A stretch of DNA of 64,000 nucleotides, taken from positions 11,622 to 75,621 of IMG/VR virus record IMGVR_UViG_3300008114_000194. The stretch is one strand, 5' to 3'. The position numbers and the translations under genes were made by a program. Numbering within the stretch: position 1 is the stretch's first letter; the number at the start of each line of letters is the position of its first letter. Shown one piece after another: positions 46,601-57,300 of the stretch. Below the pieces are notes generated by a model, which saw only the letters and a list, made by a program, of their open reading frames with translations, searched no databases and was not told the origin of the DNA. The stretch comes from a virus (Duplodnaviria; Caudoviricetes).

Positions 46601-49600
46601 CAACACAGGGCAATCTAACAGCAGGTAACTTTATAGGCTCTGGAAGTAATGTAAGATTAGAATCAGAAAATTATGCCTGGCAATTTGATAACGCAGGTAA
46701 CCTTACCCTACCAGGTAATACATTTTCTGTAAACTACGCCAATGGCGCACAGGTCAGCCTGGGTGGATCATACAGCAACGCAGATGTGGCCAACTACTTG
46801 GCTAGCAATGCCAATCTTACCATATCAGTGGGCACAGGCAACATTACCACACAAGGCAACGTCTCTGGCAACTACTTTATTGGCAACGGAGCATTACTCA
46901 CAGGTATTGCCACCGGTAGTTATAGTAATGCTAATGTGGCCAATTATCTAGCCAGCAACGCAAATCTTACCATTTCTGTCGGTACAGGCAACATCACCAC
47001 ACAGGGCAATTTAGCAGTTGGAAACTTGATTGGCTCAGGTGACAACGTAGAAATCACAGCAGGTGTGTATACCTGGACCTTGGATAACACTGGTAATTTG
47101 ACATTACCGGGCAACACCACTGCTATCAACTATGCCAATGGCACACCTGTTCCTGTAGGCTATGGCAATTCCAATGTGGCCGCATATCTGGCTAGTAACG
47201 CCAACGTCACTGTGTCTGTGGGCACAGGCAACATTACCACGCAGGGCAATGTCAGTGGCAACTACTTTATTGGTAACGGCGCACTCTTGACAGGAGTTGT
47301 CACATCCAGTTATAGCAATGCCAATGTGGCCAACTATCTGCCCACCTACTCAGGCAATGTTTCGGCTGGCAACTTGAATCTCACCGGCAATATTGTTGAC
47401 ACTGGTGCTATATTTGTAATTACAGGCGCCAGTGGCAATGTAGTTCTAGCACCCAACGGCACCAGCAGAATAATTGCCACAACTTCGGGCGCTAATGTTA
47501 TTGGTAATTTAGATGTTGCAGGCAATGTCAATGCCAATGGTGCTACACTTACAGGAAACTTATCAGTTGGCAACTTGATCGGCTCAGGTGATAATGTAGA
47601 GATCACTGCAGGTGCGTATACGTGGACGTTGGATAACACGGGTAATTTAACGCTGCCAGGCAACAGCACTGCCATATACTATGCCAATGGCACACAAGTG
47701 CCAGTGGGCTATGGCAATGCCAATGTAGCCACTTATCTAGCCAGCAATGCCGCAGTCACTATTTTAACCACTGCAAATATCACCACTGCTGCCAACATCT
47801 CTGGTGCTTATATCCTAGGTAATGGCGCATTCCTAAGCGGATTACCTGCCACATATAGCAACAGCAATGTGGCAGCATACCTCGCTGCATACAATGGCAA
47901 TGCATTATTCAGCAATATCACTGTATCACAAGATGCTGTGATATTGGGTAATTTGCGTGTAGAGGGCAATACCACTTATATCAATGTAAGTGATCTAATT
48001 GTAGAAGACAAAGACATTATCGTGGCTGCCAATGCTTCGGCCACCTTGACCGATCTCAACGGCGCAGGTCTCCAAATCGGCAATAGAACCGCCGGCGGCA
48101 ACATCACCTTCTTCTACAACTCAACCAGCAATGTCATGTCTCTAAGCCATGGCGCTAATATTGCTAATATTTTAAATGTAGCAGGCAATGTCACTGCTAC
48201 AGGCAATGTCAACACTGGTAACTTGGTAGGTTCTGGTACAAACGTAGAAATAGTCAGCGGAGCATATACTTGGCTATTTGATGGTGCTGGCAATTTAACT
48301 GGTACTGGCAATGTGTCTGCTGGTAACTTTGTTGGAACATCTGGCAATACATCTATCGTCACTGCTGGTTATACTTGGACATTCAACGATGCCGGTAATT
48401 TGGTCTTGCCCGGCAATGTCTTTGGCGTAACCTATGCCAACGGAGTACAAGTAAGTTTAGGCGGTTCATACAGCAACGCAGATGTGGCCAACTATTTGGC
48501 CAGCAATGCCAACGTCACAGTTTTGGTAGGCACAGGCAACATCACCACACAGGGCAACATCTCTGGCAACTACTTTATTGGTAACGGCGCATTACTCACA
48601 GGCGTGGTAACATCCAGTTACTCAAATGCCAATGTGGCCAATTATCTGCCCACTTACACAGGCAACATCACAGCAGGCAACATTACCACCACTGGCAATG
48701 TCATTGGGAATTGGTTTGTTGGCAATGTCAGCACTACCAACAGTTTGGTCACATCAGGTAACGTCACTGCCAACAACTTCGTGGGTTCAAGTGGCAACAC
48801 ATCAATAGTCACTGCTGGTTACACCTGGGTATTTAACGACACAGGTAATTTTGTATTGCCTGGCAACAGTTTCTCTGTAAATTATGCCAATGGCGCACAG
48901 GTCAGCCTGGGTGGATCATACAGCAATGCCGATGTCAAGGCATACCTGGGCAACTTCGATGGCAACATCATACCCAGTGCTAACGTAACATACAATCTGG
49001 GTAGCAATAGTAATCGCTGGAATGATTTATATCTCAACAACAGTACCATTTATATTGGCGCACAAGAAATCACCGCCAATGCTGATGCTACCATATTCTC
49101 GGGCAATATTTCAGCCAACTACATATTGGGCAATGGTGCGCTACTCACTGGAGTAGCTTCGTCCTACGGCAACGCCAACGTAGCAGACTATCTAGCCAGC
49201 AACGCTAATATAAACCTTGCGATTGGCACAGGTAATATCACCACTGCAGGCAACATCAGCGTGGGATCTATACAAGGTGCCAATGCCAATACAACCATCG
49301 TGGCCAACGTCTATAGTTGGACATTTGATGATACTGGCAATTTAACACTGCCGGGCAACTCTACCGCAATATATTTGGCCAACGGTACACAAGTGCCCCT
49401 GGGCTATAACAATGCCAGTGTTGCTGATTACATGGGCAGTAATGCCAATGTAACACTGAGCATTGGCACAGGCAACATTACCACACAGGGTAATATCAAA
49501 TCTCGCACATTGTATCTGGGATCACATCAGGATGTTTCCTATCAGGCATACGGTAATATCACCCTGTCGGGTGGTTCCGCAGACAACAATTCCAATGTAT

Positions 49601-51420
49601 CCATTGTAGCTAACGGAGCAATGACCACCAGTTATGTGCTGAAATTGCCAGCAGATACACCCAATGCTGGTGACGTCTTAACTGTCAAGAACTTTGGATC
49701 TCAACTGCTTTTTGGCAATGTAGCCAACTTGATATGGTCTGCCCCTGCTGGCAGTTATACCAATGCCAATGTAGCCAACTATTTGGTCACATACAATGCC
49801 AATGCCCTGTTCAGTAATGTTACAGTATCACAGGATGCTGTGATATTGGGCAATTTACGTGTGGAGGGCAATACCACATACATCAATGTATCTGATCTAA
49901 TCGTTGAAGACAAAGATATCATTGTAGCAGCAAATGCTTCGGCTACATTGACAGACCTTAACGGGGCAGGTCTCCAAATCGGAAATAGATCTGCTGGTGG
50001 TAACATCACATTCTTCTACAACTCGACCAGCAATGTCATGACACTGAGCCATGGCGCTAATATAGCCAATGTCTTGAATGTCGCTGGTAATATCACAGCC
50101 AACAGTTTGATAGGTGTTGGTACAAATGTAGAATTAGTAGGAGGTTCTTATACTTGGACATTCAACGGTTCAGGCAACTTGGTGCTGCCCGGCAACGCAT
50201 TCTCGGTTAATTATGCCAACGGCGCACAGGTCAGTTTAGGCGGGTCCTACAGCAATGCTGAAGCAGCGTCTTATCTAGCCAGCAATGCCAATGTGACCAT
50301 ACTCACAGGTGTGGCTAATATTACCACTCAAGGCAATGTGGCAGCCGGATACTTCTTAGGTAATGCTACATTTGCCGAGGGCGTCAGCAATACTTATTTT
50401 GGTAATGTATCTCCCAGTTCACCAGCACAGGGCGATATCTGGATCAACAGCGATACAGCAGTACAACTGATTTACTTTGTAGACGCCAACGGCGGACAGT
50501 GGGCCGAGATGGCAGCTGCCACCAGTATCAGTTCAGATAGTGACTACACAGACAGCAATGTCACTGCACTGTTGGCCAGTTTGGGTGCTAACACTATCAG
50601 TTCATCGGCAAACATCACCACGTCTGCTAATATTTCTGCTGGTTATATACTGGGCAACGGAAGCCAACTTACTGGACTGGATTTTACCAACTATACCAAT
50701 TCTAACGTAGCCAACTATTTGGTTTCATACAATGCCAACGCCTTGTTTAGTAATGTCACAGTATCACGTGATATGGTCATCATTGGTAATTTGCGTGTAG
50801 AAGGCAACACCACTGAAATCAATGTTTCCAACATATTCTTAGAAGACAAAGATATCATCGTGGCTGCCAATGCTTCGGCCACATTGTCAGATCTCAATGG
50901 AGCAGGTCTGCAGATTGGTAATATCACTGCAGGTGGTAATATCACCTTCTTCTATGACAGCACCAGCAATGTCATGTCTCTAAGCCATGGCGCTAATATT
51001 GCCAACGTACTGAACGTTGCAGGTAATATTTCTGCTGCCAATATCACAGCCACAGGCAATATCACAGGCAACACCAATGGATTTACCATAGGTTATAGAG
51101 ATGTACCGCAGGTCAGTTGGTCTAATGCTACCATGGCATTGGCTGATGCCAGCAAGCACTATTACACTTCTACCGGTGGCGTAACACTCACAGTACCCAG
51201 CAACGCCAACGTGGCCTTCCCAATTGGTGCTACCATAGCGTTCTACAATCGCAGTTCTGCCAACTGTACCATCGCACCGCAGGCCAGCGTCAACATCTTC
51301 GTTGTAGGCAACAGCACAATCACTCCCACAGCCAACAGAACAATAACCAGCAACGGAGGCGGCACATTGACCAAAGTCGACACTAACACCTGGATGTTGA
51401 GTGCGGCCAACGTAGTGTAA
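40668..51420 (+). CDS. Giant repetitive tail fibre (~3,580 aa), broken by a frameshift at ~42190 into track ORFs 40668-42236 and 42184-51420
   Basis: Same repeat vocabulary on both sides of the break; the out-of-frame tail HCQLVRWQHKHYQ is non-native; the second ORF has no RBS or promoter; C-terminal GYRDVPQ tip domain. Confidence 0.8.
41820..51020 (+). repeat. Seven dispersed copies of a ~95-aa module (ALFSN.TVS.D...GNLRVEGNTT...EDKDIIVAAN...DLNGAGLQIG...SHGANIAN)
   Basis: Copies start at ~41820, 42906, 44406, 46161, 47899, 49801 and 50737; shared DNA blocks such as AGCAATGTCATGTCTCTAAGCCATGGCGCTAA. Confidence 0.9.
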
Positions 51421-51428
51421 GGTCAGTC

Positions 51429-52225
51429 ATGGCAGGCGCAATATTATCAGCCATAGGTGGAAGTGCAGCTGTTGTGTATGCTCAATCACAAAGCAGTGGC
51501 GGTGGCTCTTATACCATTGATTATCTGATAGTAGCCGGCGGTGGCGGAGGTGGATCTGGAGCAGCCCAAGCAGAAGGAGCCGGTGGTGGTGGAGCCGGTG
51601 GATATCTATCAGGCAATACCAGTGTTACCAGCAGCACAGCCTATACTGTGACGGTAGGAGCAGGTGGATCAATAGGTGGTACCGGTGTCAACAGTTCGGC
51701 ATTCAGTATCACAGCCAGCGGCGGAGGAGCAGGAGCCACAGGTGGCACAGGTGGATCTGGTGGTTCAGGTGGTGGAGGTTCTGGACGAAGTTTTGCACGT
51801 CCCGGCGGCTCAGGTACTCCAGGGCAGGGAAATTCCGGCGGTGTTGGGGAACATTTACAAAATGGAGGTGGCGGGGGGGGCGCAGCGGCAGCCGGCGGTG
51901 GCGGCTGCGGTGGTACCGGTGGTCCGGCGGCGGCGGTGGTGGTGGTGGCGAAATCTGTTGCGGCGGCTATGCCGGTGGTTCAGGCGGCGGAGGATCGGGT
52001 GCTAATTCAGCACAATGCGGTGGCGGTCAAGCTGTAGCAGGAACTGCCAATACCGGTGGTGGTGGTGGCGGTGGTGGCCGAGATAATGCCACTGGCAAGG
52101 CCGGCGGATCTGGTATCGTGATTGCACGTTACCCGGGATCACAGCGTGGCACAGGTGGTACAGTTACCTCGTCGGGTGGCTTTACATATCACACATTTAC
52201 TTCGTCGGGAACTTATACAGCCTAA
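51429..52225 (+). pseudogene. Glycine-rich adhesin-like protein, frameshifted at ~51925
   Basis: Frame 1 matches paralogue 52246 up to GGTGG; a second frame from 51926 gives GGGGGGGGEICC...GIVIARYPGSQRG...YHTFTSSGTYTA*. Confidence 0.75.
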
Positions 52226-52245
52226 TTAATTAAACGAACATTCAA

Positions 52246-53061
52246 ATGACAATATTATCTGGTACTGATATCTCTGGCACAACTTTTTATCCTCCCCAAG
52301 ACTATGACGTAGATTATCTTGTAGTGGCCGGAGGAGGTGGTGGTGGAGCAGGCGCTGCCCAAGCCGAAGGATCAGGTGGCGGTGGTGCCGGAGGGTATAG
52401 AACAGGATCAGCAACAGTTGCAACAGGATCGCCTTATTCTATTGTGGTAGGTGCAGGAGGCGCAGTAACTTCTAATGGAAATCCCAGTTCGGCATTCACT
52501 CTAACATCTACTGGTGGCGGGGGCGGTGCTACTCAATTTACGGGTTCTACTGGTGGCTCTGGTGGCGGTAGTTCGGCAAATAGTAATCCCAGCGGATTTG
52601 CCGGAGGCGCAGGTAATACACCTCCTACTAGTCCCCCACAGGGCAATCCCGGAGGTCCTGGTACGCATTTAGCCAGAGGCGGTGGAGGCGGCGGCGCTTC
52701 TTCTGCTGGAGGTGGCGGCACTGGCACAGGTGGATCTGGTAGTACATGGCTAGATGGAACCACTTATGCCGGAGGTGGAGGTGGAGGTGGAGGAGAAAAC
52801 GGCCCAGCCGGCGGTGGCGGCCCAGGTGGCGGCGGATCAGGTGGCCCTAACGGTCCAGGTACTCCTGCCACTGCAGGAACTGCCAACACCGGAGGTGGTG
52901 GCGGAGGTGGAGGACGACTTAATGTCACTGGTCAAGCCGGTGGTTCTGGTATCGTGAAAATAAGATATTCTGGCAGCCAGCGCGGCTCGGGTGGCACAGT
53001 TACCAGTGCCGGTGGCTACACTTATCATACATTCACTAGTTCTGGTGCATACACAGCCTAA
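52246..53061 (+). CDS. Glycine-rich domain protein (polyglycine adhesin-like)
   Basis: DYLVVAGGGGGG, Y.I.VGAGG, GIVKIRY, YTYHTFTSSG motifs. Confidence 0.85.
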   Translation: MTILSGTDISGTTFYPPQDYDVDYLVVAGGGGGGAGAAQAEGSGGGGAGGYRTGSATVATGSPYSIVVGAGGAVTSNGNPSSAFTLTSTGGGGGATQFTGSTGGSGGGSSANSNPSGFAGGAGNTPPTSPPQGNPGGPGTHLARGGGGGGASSAGGGGTGTGGSGSTWLDGTTYAGGGGGGGGENGPAGGGGPGGGGSGGPNGPGTPATAGTANTGGGGGGGGRLNVTGQAGGSGIVKIRYSGSQRGSGGTVTSAGGYTYHTFTSSGAYTA

Positions 53062-53081
53062 CAGATGAACATGAATTTTAA

Positions 53082-53088
53082 CTAAATA
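53082..53088 (+). promoter_or_regulatory. Late promoter CTAAATA
   Basis: 19 nt before ATG 53108. Confidence 0.7.
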
Positions 53089-53107
53089 TTATTAGAAGAA
53101 GAAAACC

Positions 53108-54391
53108 ATGGCTTTAAATTTTCCCAACAGTCCCTCGCTAAATGATACCTACAGTTTTGGTGGAAAAACTTGGGTATGGAACGGTACCTATTGGGGTTTA
53201 CAAAGTACTGGCGCACTTAATGACATTGTAATTGGCAATACCACGCCCGCCACGGGTAATTTTACCACGGTGGGAGCCACTGGTAATATAACCACTGATC
53301 AGTTTTTCATAGGTAATGGTAGTCAATTGTCTGGTATCACTGCCAGCGGCATGCTCACAGTCAGCAACACAGCACCCGTGGGTGCCAGTCAAGGAGACGT
53401 TTGGATACAGGGCAACACTGGTGTACAGTATGTATACTTTACCAGCAGTGGCAACAGCCAATGGGCAGAAATGGAAGCTGCCACCAGCCTCAGCATCGAC
53501 AACAGCAACTATGGCAATGCCAACGTGGCATCCTACTTGCCTACATACATAGGAGCTTTGTCCAGTTTGGCAGGCAATGTTACCACCGCTGCCAATGTGC
53601 AGGGTGCATATATCTTGGGCAACATCACACAGGCCACGGGATACAATGTCTACGATAATTCCAATGTAGCAGCCTACTTGCCCACTTACACTGGCAATTT
53701 AAATCCTGGTAATATCAATTCCGGTCCAACTACCATCAACGGCAATCTCACAGTATCGGGCAACATCACAGCGTCAGGCAATCTCACATATCTCAACGTC
53801 AGTGATTTGGTTGTGAATGACCCACTGATATACCTAGGCGCTAACAACACCAGCGATATCGAAGATCTTGGCATAGTTGCTAACTTTACCGAATCAAATG
53901 TGGCGCAGCACACAGGCTTGGCTAGAGATTATACTGACAACACTTGGAAACTTTTTACTGGTGTCATATCTGAGCCCAACACAGTTATAGCATGGGATCA
54001 AGCCACATGGGCCAATCTTCAGGTAGGCAACATAGCAGGCAACACCAATGGATATGTCATTGGTTATCGTGATGTGCCACAGGTCACGCTGTCATCTAAT
54101 GTCACAGCAGCAGCTGCCGACAGCAGCAAACATTTTTACAGCACCAGCAGCAGCAATCTATCAGTGACTATACCACCCAATGCCAACGTGTCGTTTAACA
54201 TTGGCACCATGCTCAGCGTGGTACAAAATGGATCGGGCAATGTCATAGTGGTACCAGGTTCAGGCGTGACACTGTTGCTGTCTGGCAACAGCACCGCATC
54301 AGGCAATCGTACGGTGGCCAATTGCACAGTGGCAACACTGATGAAAGTAGCATCAGATGTTTGGTTTATCAGTGGCGCAGGAGTCAGTTAA
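53108..54391 (+). CDS. Short fibre with MALNFP N-terminal module, WAEMEA module and GYRDVPQ tip domain
   Basis: Modules shared with 40668-51420 and 59903. Confidence 0.8.
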   Translation: MALNFPNSPSLNDTYSFGGKTWVWNGTYWGLQSTGALNDIVIGNTTPATGNFTTVGATGNITTDQFFIGNGSQLSGITASGMLTVSNTAPVGASQGDVWIQGNTGVQYVYFTSSGNSQWAEMEAATSLSIDNSNYGNANVASYLPTYIGALSSLAGNVTTAANVQGAYILGNITQATGYNVYDNSNVAAYLPTYTGNLNPGNINSGPTTINGNLTVSGNITASGNLTYLNVSDLVVNDPLIYLGANNTSDIEDLGIVANFTESNVAQHTGLARDYTDNTWKLFTGVISEPNTVIAWDQATWANLQVGNIAGNTNGYVIGYRDVPQVTLSSNVTAAAADSSKHFYSTSSSNLSVTIPPNANVSFNIGTMLSVVQNGSGNVIVVPGSGVTLLLSGNSTASGNRTVANCTVATLMKVASDVWFISGAGVS

Positions 54392-57300
54392 TGTCTCTGC
54401 TGCAACTGGGTGTCAGCACCGGTGGAACCAGCAGTAGCAGCAGCGGAGGTGGTGGAATCACTCCCACGCCACCCAGTGCCATCTACGGTGAAGCCAACTA
54501 CAACAACGATTTCAACTATACCAGTCTGCAGATAGCAGGCACAGGCAGCAACAACGCCAACAACACCAGTTTCATAGATTCCAGCACTAACAATTTCACT
54601 GTTACTCCCGCAGGTGATGTCACGCAAGGTACTACATCACCTTTTGTGTATGGCACCGGCACAGACCCTGCCACAGGCTACTTCTCAGGGTACTTTGATG
54701 GTACAGGTGATTACCTAACCATGGCCGACAATGCTGCGTTTGCCTTGGGAACCAACAACTTTACCATTGAGGCCTGGGTGCTGCCACAGAACTCAGCGAC
54801 TAATAGTTTTTGGTTTAACCAATGGGAAAATTCTGCGTCTTCTGACACAAACTCAAGTTTTGTGTTGTCTATCACATCGGGCAAATTCCAAGGTGCTGTG
54901 GCCTACGGCGGATCAACATCACAGGTAGACCTGCCGGGTAGATCTACGGTATCAAACAATCAATGGTATCACGTGGCATTGGTGCGAAACGGCAGCAGTT
55001 TGACATTGTATGTCAATGGCCAATCAGAAAATACCAGCACCACCCTTGGCGGATCCTCAGTCAACAACAGCAATCTAGCACTTTTTATTGGCACACGCCG
55101 AGATGGCACACGGCCATTTCAGGGGTATATATCAAATGCTAGACTTGTCAATGGAACTGCACTGTATACCTCAAACTTTACAGTATCCACTACCCCGCTT
55201 ACCGCGGTTACCAACACGCAACTGCTGACCTGCCAGAGCAGCCAATTCATCGACAACTCCACTAACGTTTTTGCCATTACTTCAGTAGGCCAGGCACAAC
55301 CAACACCTGTAAATCCCTTTGGCATGACTGCTTGGTCCGGATACTTCGATGGCACTGGAGATTACTTGACTGTGCCAGATAATGCGGCTTTTACATTTGG
55401 CTCAGGTGATTTTACTATTGAAACTTGGGTATATCCTAATGCATTATCTACCACTGTGATGGCAGGAAAATATACTTCATCACCAAACACAGGTTGGAGT
55501 TTTGAACTTAATTCCACCGGCTATCCCTTGATTTGGCTAGTAGGCACCACAGTGGCTACATCCTCTGTTGCTGTCAGCGTAGCAAAATGGAATCACATTG
55601 CAGTAACAAGAAGTGGAACTGCTCTTAAAATTTTTGTAAATGGGGTTCAGACTGCATCAGCTACAAATAGCACTAACATCACTGCGTCAGGACTTGCACT
55701 TTATATAAATTCTTCCGTGGGCGCTCCTGGTACCATTGGATTAAACGGTTTGTATTCGAACCTTAGAATCGTCAAGGGCACCGCAGTCTATACCTCTGAC
55801 TTCACGCCGCCCACCGCGCCGCTCACAGCCATCTCTGGAACATCACTGCTGACCTGCCAGTCCAGCACTTTTATCGACAACTCTACCAATGCATTCACAA
55901 TAACAGCCAATGGCAATTCCTACACAGGCACACTCAACAATCCATTTGGCAATCCCGTTAATTATGCCACACCTCCCACAGCTGCTTACTCGGCTTACTT
56001 TGATGGCACCAACGACTATGTGCTGGTAGCTGCCAATACCAATATCAACAATCTAGGACTGGAAGATTTCACCATAGAATGCTGGGCATTCCTAAACAGC
56101 AGCAGTACCGACGCCACAATAATAGCACAAAACTCAAGTTGGGCCACACAAAACAACTATACCATAGAAGTCAGAACTGGCGGCGTTTTCCGCGCATTCA
56201 TAGGAGACAGCACCGCCATTGATATCAATCCGGGTATCAACTCTTTTCCTTTGAAACAATGGAATCACGTGGCTGTGGTCAGACGTGTGGGCACTACCAC
56301 TGCTTATATCAACGGGCGCTCCGTGGGATCCAGCACCACTGCTGTCAACCTCACACGAAATCCTGTGACCAGTATCGGCGCTTTCAGCACCAGTGGCACA
56401 GCCTTGAGCAATTACTGGAAAGGTTATATCAGCAATTTCAGGATAGTGCGCGGTACAGCAGTGTATACTGATAATTTTACACCGCCTACCGCACCATTGA
56501 CTACCATACCCGGTACAGTGCTGTTGACCTGCCAATCTACCAACTTCAATGATGCCAGCATTATTAGAAATGTGATCACGCCCACCAACGGTGCAGCCAT
56601 TGATTCATTTACACCTTTTGGTTTGCCTACCTCTGTGATTGCACCAGCCACAGTGGGCGGCTCGGGATACTTTGACGGCAGCACTGATGTGTTAAGTGTG
56701 GCATCCAATGCTGCATTTGCATTTGGCACCGGCGATTTTACCCTGGAAGCATATGTATATCCATTGTCTTTGACCAACGATACTTTGATCTGCGGTGTTG
56801 ATGCCACCAATGGTGCGCTACTGGGATACAGCACAACAACAGTTTGGCTTGGTGCTCGTAACACAGCATATGATTTGACTGCAACCTATACCTTGCCATT
56901 GAACACCTGGACACATCTTGCTGTGTCAAGACAAGGCACAACAGCAAGAATTTTTGCCAATGGCGTGCAGATTGCCACCGGCACTGCCACTAGGAATTAT
57001 CCCCAAGGTCAATTTACTGTTGGCAACTATGTCACAGCCAATATTGGTGTGGTTGGGTATCTGTCCAGTGTACGAGCAGTCAAAGGCACAGCAGTATATA
57101 CCACTGCATTTACTCCTCTCACAGCACCTGTCACAGCCATAGCCAATACCAGTCTATTGTTGAACTTTGCCAACGGAGCCATCGCAGATGCCACGGGAAA
57201 AAACAACATACAGCTCAAAGGCAACACTGTCATATCCACGGTCAAGGCCAAGTATGGATCAGGCAGTGTTTACTTTGACGGATCAGGTGACTACCTGCAG

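Noticed and set aside
18292-51420. Giant eukaryotic virus (NCLDV) origin suggested by Asn-rich repeats
   Set aside because: sigma70 promoters, SD sequences, coupled operons, IF-1/ErpA and gp9/gp10-like motifs indicate a bacteriophage
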